The position numbers and the translations under genes are program-made. A stretch of 61,454 nucleotides of DNA, filler included, from Choristocarpus tenellus KU-1152 (lineage: Eukaryota > Protista > Phaeophyceae): the NCBI GenBank assembly GCA_964200185.2. It is 7 parts of 7 records of this genome, joined end to end, with 100 filler letters (N's around TTAATTAATTAA, not from the genome) between each part and the next. Parts side by side here need not be neighbours in the genome. Positions count along the whole stretch, not along the records: positions 38,284 to 49,266 come from CAXNAD020002583.1; positions 49,367 to 53,370 come from CAXNAD020016711.1; positions 53,471 to 61,454 come from CAXNAD020005305.1; 4 more parts are not named here. One strand, 5' to 3'. This document shows positions 47,863-61,454 of the stretch, piece by piece (the first letter of the stretch is position 1; every line of letters begins with the position of its first letter). Under the pieces are notes generated by a model that saw only the letters and a program-made list of their open reading frames with translations, was not told the origin of the DNA and did no database searches.

Positions 47863-48874
47863 ACCAAGCCACTTGCTTATTCTTGCATACCCAGGTACAC
47901 TCGCTCGGGAAACAACAAAAGTAGGTGATACTCAATGCATGTTTCTCTTGCCTTATCGTTCCCCCCTACACTTACACATTCCTCCCTTGCACAACCCATC
48001 CTCGGGAACAGGTAAAGTGCTTCTTCAGTTACAAGTGATGCAAGAAAAATTGTATGGATAATGAGAGCAAGATTGAGGGACAAGTCTATCCTATGGCCTT
48101 GATGTGAAATGCAATCAATTCGATTGGTGCACATGTTTTCTCTTCGTGTCATGCCCCCTTCCCCTCCATCTCTGCACTACCGCCATCGTGTATCTAGATA
48201 CAATTCAGTCTTATCATCCTGGACATACATATACCAAGCCCTCTTCAGATGCAACAGAGAGAATTGATTGAGGGGAACCCACTTGCACCACCACCTACCT
48301 TCACCTCCAATACAGTGGTTCAACTAGTATCCTCCTCCCGCGAACACTAAAACATTGCGCGCTTCATGCCTTCCCAAGGTGGCATCACATCCTTTTCTTC
48401 TTATTGTCAATCCTCTTTTTTTTTCCTTTTTTCACACATCACATTCCACAATCTGTAGATTAAGAGGAGAAGAGAGGCAGGACAGCGTCATTGGAAGGAA
48501 TGGGTCGCGAGGAAAGCCCAGGAGGATGAGGCAACAAGGAAAGCCAAGCACGACGAGGCAATCCACAAGGACAAGGCCAAGCGTGGCAATAGGGGCACGG
48601 AAGGAGACAGTAGTGCGTCTTGGGCTGGCAGCGGGTGTAATGATGCAGGGGACATCGGCAAGTCAGAGTCTGACGGGGGGAGAGACCACCGCAAGGAAGG
48701 AGAAGAGGCATTTGCAGCTTGGGTGTCAAAGAAGGACAAGATTCTTCGGGCTAAGAAGAGAGAGGTGACTTGTTGTGCATTGGTTGTATTTCCTTGCTTT
48801 GGAACGTATTGCAGAGGGAAGGAAGACTGCAAAAAGAGCAGGAGGATATAACGCAGGAGGGGACAGGAAGGTGA
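40122..48874 (+). CDS. Multi-exon gene, 5'-partial: protein with degenerate EF-hand-like loops and a charged coiled-coil C terminus. Exons approx 40122-40228, 42816-42947, 44244-44349, 45492-45663, 46757-47311, 47593-47721, 48459-48764, 48815-48874; other exons may be missed
   Basis: Open frames bounded by ag/gt; FMEKDKNSDVNVQELEQAL and FRSLSLRGALELSGVELE are EF-hand-like; WKEWVARK and AFAAWVSKK motifs; TGA at 48872-48874. Confidence 0.68.
41302..41563 (-). mobile_element. MITE family A copy with perfect 4-bp TSD (gtaa), intronic
   Basis: gtaa|gagtgaacgtatattagagggta ... taccccaaccctaagatactttgactc|gtaa. Confidence 0.92.
43354..43603 (-). mobile_element. MITE family B copy, intronic, inverted
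   Basis: gagtcaaagtaaaaggtactcagg ... tgcaactctagatacatctcttacttttgactc. Confidence 0.8.
44948..45206 (+). mobile_element. MITE family B copy with perfect 4-bp TSD (cttt), intronic
   Basis: cttt|gagtcaaaataagcgagaggtacccag ... tgggtgcctctactttactttgactc|cttt. Confidence 0.92.
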
Positions 48875-49204
48875 TCCCAGAGTGAGGTGAAGGCCTATTG
48901 TGCTCAACACGGTTTGATGTACTATGTGGTGAATCAACGATTGGTAGAGTGTTTCCATCTAAATTACTATGGAGAGGATGAAAATGTGCTCTGATTTCCT
49001 TTGTCACTGTCCTATAATTGTGCACTCAGAGTACATATTGTTTGATCACAAATTCGAGGCTCAACAAGACAGCACCCCTCAGAATACACCCGTGTACCTC
49101 AAAAAGGTAGAACTATTACGTAGTTTGTAATTATCTTTGGAGTATTACACAATTTGTTTCATGTCTGAAACGAAAATTCTCATGAAGTTTTTTTTCAAAT
49201 GTTA

Positions 49205-49266
49205 GAGTGAAAGTATCTTAGAGGGTACGAATTTTGCCCTGTTTGTCCATTTGGGGCTTGGCTTCC
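49205..49266 (-). mobile_element. MITE family A copy truncated by the contig end
   Basis: gagtgaaagtatcttagagggtacgaattttgccctgtttgtcc. Confidence 0.85.
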
Positions 49267-50322
49267 NNNNNNNNNNNNNNNNNNNNNNNNNNNNNNNNNN
49301 NNNNNNNNNNTTAATTAATTAANNNNNNNNNNNNNNNNNNNNNNNNNNNNNNNNNNNNNNNNNNNNGGGGGGGGCATTTACACATAGGAAGACATTATTA
49401 ATAGTAGGTTTTGCTGCACACAAAGCATAAAATATTTCCAATTATCACCATACCAAACACCTTATGAATACATTTTTGAAAAAGACAGTGCAGTGCAGTC
49501 CCATAACAAGGACCACAGAGAGCTAACTGTACCCACGAGACTAAAAGAATAAGGAGAATCACCGAAACTGCGCGTCCAGAACGCACATGAAAAAAATGGT
49601 CCTTACCCCCACTACAAACTTCAAAATAAAATAATAATAATGGCATCCACAAGAGGGATCCATATAAAGATACTCAGAATGCACACACTCATTCCATATG
49701 TCTATTCCTTGTGGTCACCAACACCAAACCAATTTATTGTTGGTGTAGAAAGGGGACATCAGTTGCATTAATTTATAAAAAAAGAGCAAAACATGTTTTT
49801 AACTAAAAAAAAAAGTTGTATGAATCATTTATATTTTTTGTCACACGGAAACTAAATCACACATCCATAATACAAGATTTTTTTTATAACGAACCACATG
49901 CACACATCCCAAACACTAAACAGTTAATAAACAAAAAACATAATACCAAATACTAAACATTTAGTCATTGCTTGGGTAGAAACACCCATTCTTGTACAGC
50001 GAACCAAATCCAACCTCTTACTGCTGCACCAACCCTGCCAAAATATTAATAAAATAATAATAATATGTATACACTACAGATGGACATAAAGAACTCATAC
50101 TGGGGTGGGCCGCCAGTCTTCAAAAATCCAAGACAAACCCCAATTCTGGGCAGGAAGATATCTGAACATTGAGAAGTGGCACATCTGATGCTATGACATA
50201 TATACCGACAACGGTATAACAAATCAGAGACATACATACCGTCAAGTAAACAGTTACACGCATAATCACAACGTATACCCTCAACTAATCCATTAACCTA
50301 TTTCAAACCCTACTGTTCAACA

Positions 50323-50440
50323 ACAAAGGTCAGTCTATATAGGGTACAAAAGCCAATCAATGTAGGGTACAAAGGCCAGTCAATGTAGGGTACAAAGGCC
50401 AGTCAATGTAGGGTACAAAGGTCAGTAGATGTAAGGGAAC
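50323..50440. repeat. ~22-bp tandem repeat (caatgtagggtacaaaggccagt) x4-5, intronic
   Basis: Direct inspection. Confidence 0.88.
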
Positions 50441-50507
50441 ATAGGTTAGTCAATATAGGGTACACCCGAGAACCAAAAAAAAAAGAATCCAAATTCGAGC
50501 CTCTCAC

Positions 50508-52628
50508 CATCACTGCAGGGTTGGCAACACAGAACAGCAGTCCGTCTCTCCCCTGCCCAGAGAGAGCAGCAGTCACTGTGAGGATGATCAGTGCCCAGAA
50601 ATTCATGAAGTACATCATCTCATGCACGGAGGGCTTACATCTCGCCTTGAGTCGTTCCTGTATCATCAATTATTGTTATTATTATTACTATTTCTGGTAG
50701 GAATGCTTTATTGTTAATAGGTACAATGTTTTTTAATATTATTGCCCTTTCAATATATTTATTCTTATCATTATCCAAATCTTTATTATTCTTATTCCCA
50801 CTTGTTTCAGGGGTTGGTTGTCACAAAGGGGATGACAATTAGAATAATGAGAGTAGAAAAAGAAAGGATATTTCTTTAATCATTCCTAAATCAGTAATAT
50901 TACTCAAGTGTTAACTCTTATATTTATGACATGAAAACACAATTACAGTATGTAGTATTATACATACATGTACAGCAGAGGGGGGGGGGGCAGAGGGAAA
51001 CTCAAGGAAAGGAGGGTGAATTATATTACTAACCTTGCCATTTTTTATCTTTCCAGGAAATTCTTAAAAAAAAACCTCTCTTTTTGAAAGATGACATACT
51101 CCAAAAACATTAAATAGGCATCTCTGGGAAGATTCCAATACAGAGTTAAAAATCACTCTCAAGAGTCGCAATGCTCCCAGAATACAACATAATGTCTATA
51201 TCAACAAGCACAACCAGTGTCTCAAAAACAGACAACCACCACTGGCATACAAAATGAAGAAATATGGAGGACAGTGAAATAAAGACACCAATCAGCACCC
51301 TTCACAAGGTCCTCTGAACCAATCAGTGCTCTTTCACACGACCCCCTGAACCAATCATCCCGACCAAAACCCCATCTTTCACCACAGCGTTCAACCCTTC
51401 CCTTTATCATGGTGAGACACAACAAACACACTCCAATCTCACTCTAATATTAATAATAATAATAATAATAGCAATACCAATAATAGGTTCTGATTGCATA
51501 TCACAAGCTCCTCAAAAAGTTTACATACATAAAAAAACTAAAAAATATTCAAAAACAGGCAGATAAGATTATATTTGTAACAATTCCACAGGAACAAATC
51601 GGATCTGTATCAAGAAGTTCCTACAAATGCAAGGTGCCATCCCCTACTTTTTTTTAATGGACGGGGGAGGGTGCTACCTCCTTTCAGACCACAAGAACAA
51701 GAATCATACAGATACAAACACATGAAAAATAAGGTATACCCTAATCATAACCCCATACATAATTGATATTTCTTATTAACCATGCTATTATCGTTATATT
51801 ACTTACTGATCACTACACTCAATCCAGTTTAAAGAGGGTCAAGGCTCAAAAGATCTCTACCCCGGTTCCTATCCAGCAAAAAAAAGTAAAAATAATATTA
51901 AAAAATACACACATATGCATAATAGCTATCTGATACTTATGTACACATAAGGTACAAGAGGACTTACATTATTATTATTATTGCACCCTCTGTAAGGCCA
52001 ATGCTCTTTCCATTCAACATCAGAGTATCAACGAAAGGCTTGTCACAAGAAAATTCTCAATAGCCGCCGTCAGAAAAATAAAAAAAAACTTCCTTAAAGT
52101 GATGCAAAAGAGAGGACAGCTCTTGCTCTCAAACTCACACAGGCACACAAACACGCCATACAATACACAAGAAATGAACACTACATACCTACCTAACCTA
52201 CCGATCCACCAACCAATACCTAGGAGGCGATGCATATCATAGTGCACTGGCAATAAATATATATACTTACGTATATATATACACACATAAAAATATATTT
52301 CAAGCTAAAAAAATAAAGAACAGCACAGAGGATCATGGTATAGCAGCGCACAATGCAGACATCTCAAATTTAAAAAATGAACAGGACACAGTCTCCTAGT
52401 GTATAGAGCAATATGATACGGCAGCACTTTATCTCTGAAGAAAAATATCAGAAATTTCTTCATTACATTTTTTTTCACTTCACTTTTTTTTTTTCCGGTC
52501 AAAACAGGATCACACAGAAATTTCTAATGGAACCTTCACTGAGCAGTCACCTGGGTACTCCCTGTCACCCCATCCAAGAATAAACTGGTTGCCAGCAGAC
52601 CCAGCCCATAGGAGCTATTCTCCTTTCC
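50508..52628 (-). CDS. Partial UAA-family nucleotide-sugar transporter (SLC35B1/UTR-like); exons 52628-52551 and 50657-50508
   Basis: Spliced peptide GKENSSYGLGLLATSLFLDGVTGSTQERLKARCKPSVHEMMYFMNFWALII matches the SL..DG.TG..QE and M...N.W motifs of SLC35B. Confidence 0.85.
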
Positions 52629-54259
52629 CTGATCGGCATGGCAGACATTATTATTATTATTATTATTATTATTACATGCACCAGCAAGAATTGTTATTAC
52701 TATTGTTGCATTAAAAGGAAATTAGAAAGAGCATCCTGCACCGGATTCTACACCAATGAAAATTAAAAATAAAATTACGTCTTTTTAAACTCACAAAAAA
52801 AGACAACCGAAAAAAAACAACAAACTAGTCTCTGCGAAAAAAACATCAACAATAACAATAATCATAATATATTTTATGTGAGACAAACAGTACACCTATA
52901 CACCAATAGAAAAAAATAAAAACAAATGCCGATAACAGTAAAAGTTAGAACACAACCACAATAAACAAAAGCAATGATCTACTTTTAACCATTTTTCTCC
53001 ATTCCCTTTTTTTTTTACTTTCCAGCAAAAAGTATATTATATTTCTATTTACTTTCCAAAAAAAATAAATGCAAACAACAAAACAAATTGTCCTCCCCCT
53101 CCCCCTCCTCCTCATGCTCCCCCTCCCCTCCCCACTCATCCTCTTCATCCTTGTTGTCTTGCCTGCTTGTGACTTCCACCAAGGTTGAAGGCCACTATTC
53201 CGACTGTGATGAGCGCAACGCATACATAATCCCGCATACCGTATCTTTTTCTGGCAAAAAGTACTCCAAAAAGCATCACCGGAATCATCTTCTCAAACAA
53301 AGACATTTGCAAACAATAATAATGAAAAGAAGATGCACCCCGGGAGGAGAGGGGAGGAGAGAAGAGGGGTNNNNNNNNNNNNNNNNNNNNNNNNNNNNNN
53401 NNNNNNNNNNNNNNTTAATTAATTAANNNNNNNNNNNNNNNNNNNNNNNNNNNNNNNNNNNNNNNNNNNNTGGTGACTCCAGCTTAAAACGCATGACACA
53501 TCGAGACAATGCCACTTGCGTAGTCACCGAAACAATTTGGCGTAGCCTGGATTATTTAACTACTCCTTTCCTGCCATATCCTCCCGCTCCTCTCCTTCCT
53601 ACTATGTGGGTAGCCAGCTCATCCAGGAAGCATTCCGCTTGCTTGCCGTGTATTGTGTATCATCCATGAAATGTTGTAGATATAGCAACGAAAGAAGAAT
53701 AAGAAATATGAGGAAAGAAAACAGTAAATTCAAATAATACCATACTACAATAGTGTGGAAAATAGGAAGTATTAAGAATACAAAACAACAAGCACTAGGA
53801 GGAGGACGAGAGGACTACATACCATTGCATTCACCAACCAACCATGTCTATTCCAAACAATAAACAATAAAACATAAAAGAACTAAGGTACGTCATATGC
53901 GCCTATATGCGTTTATACCACCATCTATACATTGGTATAAATATCTCCAATAGAACCATTCCAGGGTGAATCACATTTATTAGGAAATTAATATATACTT
54001 GATATATATACACAAGTAGTACATATTTATAATATATATCGACACTATTACTATGATAAGAGGTGATTCGGAACACGAAATTGGCGAGTAGGCGAAAGGA
54101 TTATGTGGGGGAACGAATTTCTAGGTACTTCAAACCACCATTCTGAAGAGAAGTTTTCTGAGGACAGTTAACAACAACAACAGTGATGGGTGGATACACC
54201 ACTTGTTGAAAATGTTGAAATACATTTTTGAGGGATGAAAACATATTATAATGATGAGA

Positions 54260-54510
54260 GAGTCAAAGGATTTAAGAAGGTAGGGCCACGTCATTCTGAG
54301 TCATAATTTCAATGTTGCGATTTTGATGAATTTTGGTGATCATATTTGTTACCAAGTGTCAATATCCTTCCTCTGGATGCAGCTTTCATGGTCGTATACA
54401 TTTTCTTAGGTAACTGTGTTCAAACAGAAAACCGAAAAAAGGCATAAAAAAACGTGGGAAGCCAAGCCCCGAAGGTACCAACAGGGCAAAACTCCTACCC
54501 TCATAAATGG
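54260..54510 (+). mobile_element. Diverged MITE family A copy
   Basis: gagtcaaaggatttaagaaggtag ... gggaagccaagccccgaagg...cagggcaaaactcctaccctc. Confidence 0.75.
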
Positions 54511-55400
54511 TCTGGGTCGACATAGATAGGTGTTAAATCGCCACACCAAGTCGTGTTCACCTATCAGACTGCATCAATTAACATATAAATCCCTACCCTT
54601 TAAAATCCACATTATTATTGAGATGTAATTGACTGATTACTAACATTGACGTCCTGTAGGACCTAACACATCACAAATAATTTTATAGTGACCCCTCCCA
54701 CCTCTAATTCGTTGTCGGAGGGGATATCATTTGACCAATTGTACCCAGATGTTCTGGATGGCGTTGAATCAATCAATCATCGAATATCAAAACGAGAGAA
54801 CAGCAGTAAGAACAGCATGTAGTTCCACAAGTACTATTATTCAGTATTATTATCTTACTAATATATGATGACAAACATTAGTTAACCCTCTCACCAACTG
54901 TTGTACTCACCTCCAGATTATTGTACTCATAGGTAAGATGTTTCTGACAGGGCAGTGTGAGTGCGATATGAGATTTAATGGCTAGGTCAGGGCAAGAAAA
55001 CCTTTTCATATGTGAACTAGGTCCCAAAAGAAAATACTGTTAGTGTGAGGCTGCGAATAGAGAGCATTATGATGAGTTTTCGAAAAATCGGTAAATGGAA
55101 AAGTTTCCATGTTGAGGTCTGGACTACTCCATTAACTAGTCGTCGAAACGTGCACACACCCATAAAGTGGATTTGTGCGAATCGTTAAGTCACCACGGAT
55201 TTGGACGTTTTTCATCTTTGCTTGTTTTTTGTTACGTTCTCCATTCCGAATTAAATGTAACATAACTTTTGCAGCATCAATGAAGAAGCAAGGTAATTTT
55301 CACAAGTTTATATTTTATGTGTGTGTGGTGAAGACACCAAAATGTTGCTCACCAAAATCTCAAGCCTACCCCTATCTATGATTCTATCCTCCAAAGTCCT

Positions 55401-56525
55401 TCAAAACTCTTTTCCAGCACAGTATTTCGCCGCATCCACCAGGGTATTCGGAGGGAGCTTGCCCCCCTTCTCAGCTTTTTCCTCGCTAAGATGGGGAATC
55501 TTGAAGACATTGTCACCCTTGGGCCCCAGCACTTCACTGTGGGCTGCAAAGAGGCTCTGCCAGACACACAGTAGTGCTTCCCAGGGGTACACATCGAATG
55601 CCTACATTGTGGGCTCCAACAGCTCCTCTGTGTTAGTCACCCTCACGTCTTTCTTCAGTTGCTGGATGGAATGAAAGAATTCCCAGGTCGTTGACGTTAA
55701 GGCCATGTGAGTTGGCTTGCTGGGTCTCGATGACAATGTTGTCCCCCACAACATCCTTGATTGCCTGCATGACCCCCCCCTTGGTGTGTGGCTTTGCCTT
55801 GTCCTGCTTTACGAAGATGATGTGTCCTTCCGGCCTAGGCATAAGCACCTTGGTGCCCTTGGGGCGGCTTTTACTGGAGCGCTGAGCGACCATATTATCC
55901 ATGATTGGCCAGATCCCAATTTTCCCATCAAAGCATGCCCCGTTGGAGAGCTTCCTAGGACAGGCCACAGCTGCCAGGAATATCACCTTCATAATGCAAC
56001 TCTTATTCTGTGCCCGTGGGGGATTGGGGGGGTACTTAGTGGGGTGCAGGCGCACACCTTACCCATCTTTGAGGATGTAAGACCACTTCTCGTCCACATG
56101 CACCCAGGCATATCGATCGTCTGCTAATGCCCCAGTTCCCCCCCTCTATGCATGTGACTGATGATGAAACCCACCCTGTCGACTCTCTGCTGGTCTAGGA
56201 GGACTGGCTTAATCCACTGCTTGGCGTTCTTCACCTTTGTGTGCTTGCACAGATCCCACAACAAGGCAAAGGGGGACCTCAGCTTTGGCCGCCTACTTGC
56301 AGAAGGATGTGCAGTGTACTGATGGGACATCCCCCGAATGTTGAGGATACTTGTATGGCGTCCACATTGCCCCCTGTGATGTCGTACAAGGTCCACACAC
56401 TCACCCCGTGCGATCTGACTGTGATACTCCTTCAGATACCGGAACAGGGTAATTTGAGAATTTCCGAAGCCGCCGCTGTCCCCTGAGGCATCTGAGTCTC
56501 GCGACCTCTTGCCTCCAGGCATCAC
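55401..56525 (-). pseudogene. Degenerate plant-type mariner transposase, near full length and frameshifted
   Basis: WIKPVLLDQQRVDRVGF, WVHVDEKW (~56085-56108), IMKVIFLAAVACPR, FDGKIGIWP, KQDKAKPH, QQANSHGLNVNDLG, KGDNVFKIPH; TIRs not identified. Confidence 0.9.
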
Positions 56526-58010
56526 ACCACTGCATTGTTCTTCTTCAGAGTGTTTGCATCTATGTAGACTTCTTGGTCAAAGAATTGGGACTGATGGGTC
56601 ATGAAGGGATGAGCGAGTCGCTTGAACGACTGGGGGCCTTCATCCTAGGCATCCCAATAAACACCCACTTTGTTTCATGAGGTTTTTGAATCCCATCAAA
56701 TGCGACTTGGTTGACTTTGCACTGGTGATCTTCCACAGTGATGACGGCCCACCATCTCAAACTCTACACACCTCCCAATCTATATGAGAACTAAGCCTTG
56801 TCCAGAGGGTTTATTCCGTGGGTCGTTCCCAGGCGAGAACAGAGCTTGCGAAGGTTGTGTTACAGTTAATTCCGAACGGAAGTCTTATTGTTGTACCCTC
56901 TTAACGTTTTGCATACTAGTATGCATCAAGGAAAAACCAAACCAATATCACAATGATCCCTGTAAAAGCAACAGTTGTCGTAAATGTGAAAGATGTCTCC
57001 CTAAAATATATTTACTATTTGAATACCAGCTATGCTACAATACTCCCTTAAAGGTTGGTGATTACGACGTTAGGTGTACATTCCTGCTATGCCTCCAACC
57101 AAGTTTAGGCTTTCTTTACGCAAGTGGCGAACTATTGAAATCGAAGAATAAAACCAGAAACAGACAGACCACAAATGTTTTGAATAGTGACTACGTTTGC
57201 AATAGGGTAAAACAAAGACAAACACACACAAAAACAATCGTATACCCTCTTCCAGAAGACATCCACTGTGATCCTTTGGGGGGTAGGCTTCCTTTCTAAT
57301 GGATCCAACTTGTGTAGAGTGAGGGGGTGAGGTAGGATATTGTTTTACATTTTGCAGTTTGGAATTATCGTGATTTTATCGAATCGTGGCGATTATGGCG
57401 CTTAAATCGCCACGATTCACAACAACATTAACCAAGGTTTACCGAAATATGACAAGAATATAGATTGGGTGGTGGGCGACGTGTTTGAGTGGTAGGCGAC
57501 CTCCTCCACTTTGGTAAACTCTCATTAAGTCCATGACTATTACCTCGCAAATGTTTCGCAATCAATTTACAGGCATCATACATGGAATTAAAGAGAACAC
57601 AATCAATCATCGATCACTCAAGTGGTTTAAAAAGTTACAATAACATTTTAGAAACACCGTACAGGTTATCCAACACAACAACAGACAACGGCACTATTAT
57701 CCAGTTACATTTTCGAATTGGAAAGTATTCGTTGGTTGGGAATTATACAATCAAAACAATAAAGGTTGTGCGTGACATCGCGCGCAAGGTTTGTGAGTTT
57801 GACTTTGTTTCAAGGGCTCAGCACAGGGCTGTACAAGGGAACACTTCGAAATCACACATTACTTAACACGTACGAGAGGAAGGAGAGAACGATAGAAGCT
57901 TGAGGATCGGAATCGCTGGGGCTGTGTGATAGTAAGATTCGGAATTGATTGGCTGTTCTTGAGTGGGATTTTTTACATATAAGGCTCCGGGGTCGCCAGG
58001 TTTTGGAGCA

Positions 58011-61454
<3,444 letters not shown>

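Noticed and set aside
56784-57299. 171-aa Cys-rich ORF beside the mariner remnant
   Set aside because: No coherent zinc-finger spacing or family motif could be recognised.

Overview
Eukaryotic, intron-rich genomic DNA, about 40% GC by eye. It is most consistent with a photosynthetic stramenopile (brown alga or relative), inferred from bipartite signal-peptide+Phe plastid leaders, CA-rich intron 3' ends and TTAGGG repeats. The window is seven contigs joined by artificial 100-bp N-ttaattaattaa-N linkers, so adjacency across linkers has no biological meaning. Genes: a 10-exon plastid ABCB half-transporter (-, 3'-truncated); a small multi-drug export family protein (-) head-to-head with a proline-iminopeptidase-like alpha/beta hydrolase (+); partial Patched/NPC1-like, EF-hand/coiled-coil and SLC35B/UAA transporter genes; and the first two exons of Rab11. 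Mobile DNA: a degenerate chromodomain Ty3/gypsy element, two plant-type mariner remnants (one with CTCCCT TIRs and a TA TSD), and 12 copies of two ~250-bp MITE families that share GAGTCAAAGTA termini, with 4-bp TSDs (Sola-like). The most striking signal is about 17 short interstitial (CCCTAA)n/(TTAGGG)n tracts in non-coding DNA. Two MITE copies show the same AACC insertion at opposite element ends, converting CCCTCTAA into telomeric repeats, which suggests recurrent telomerase-templated editing or repair of internal DNA.
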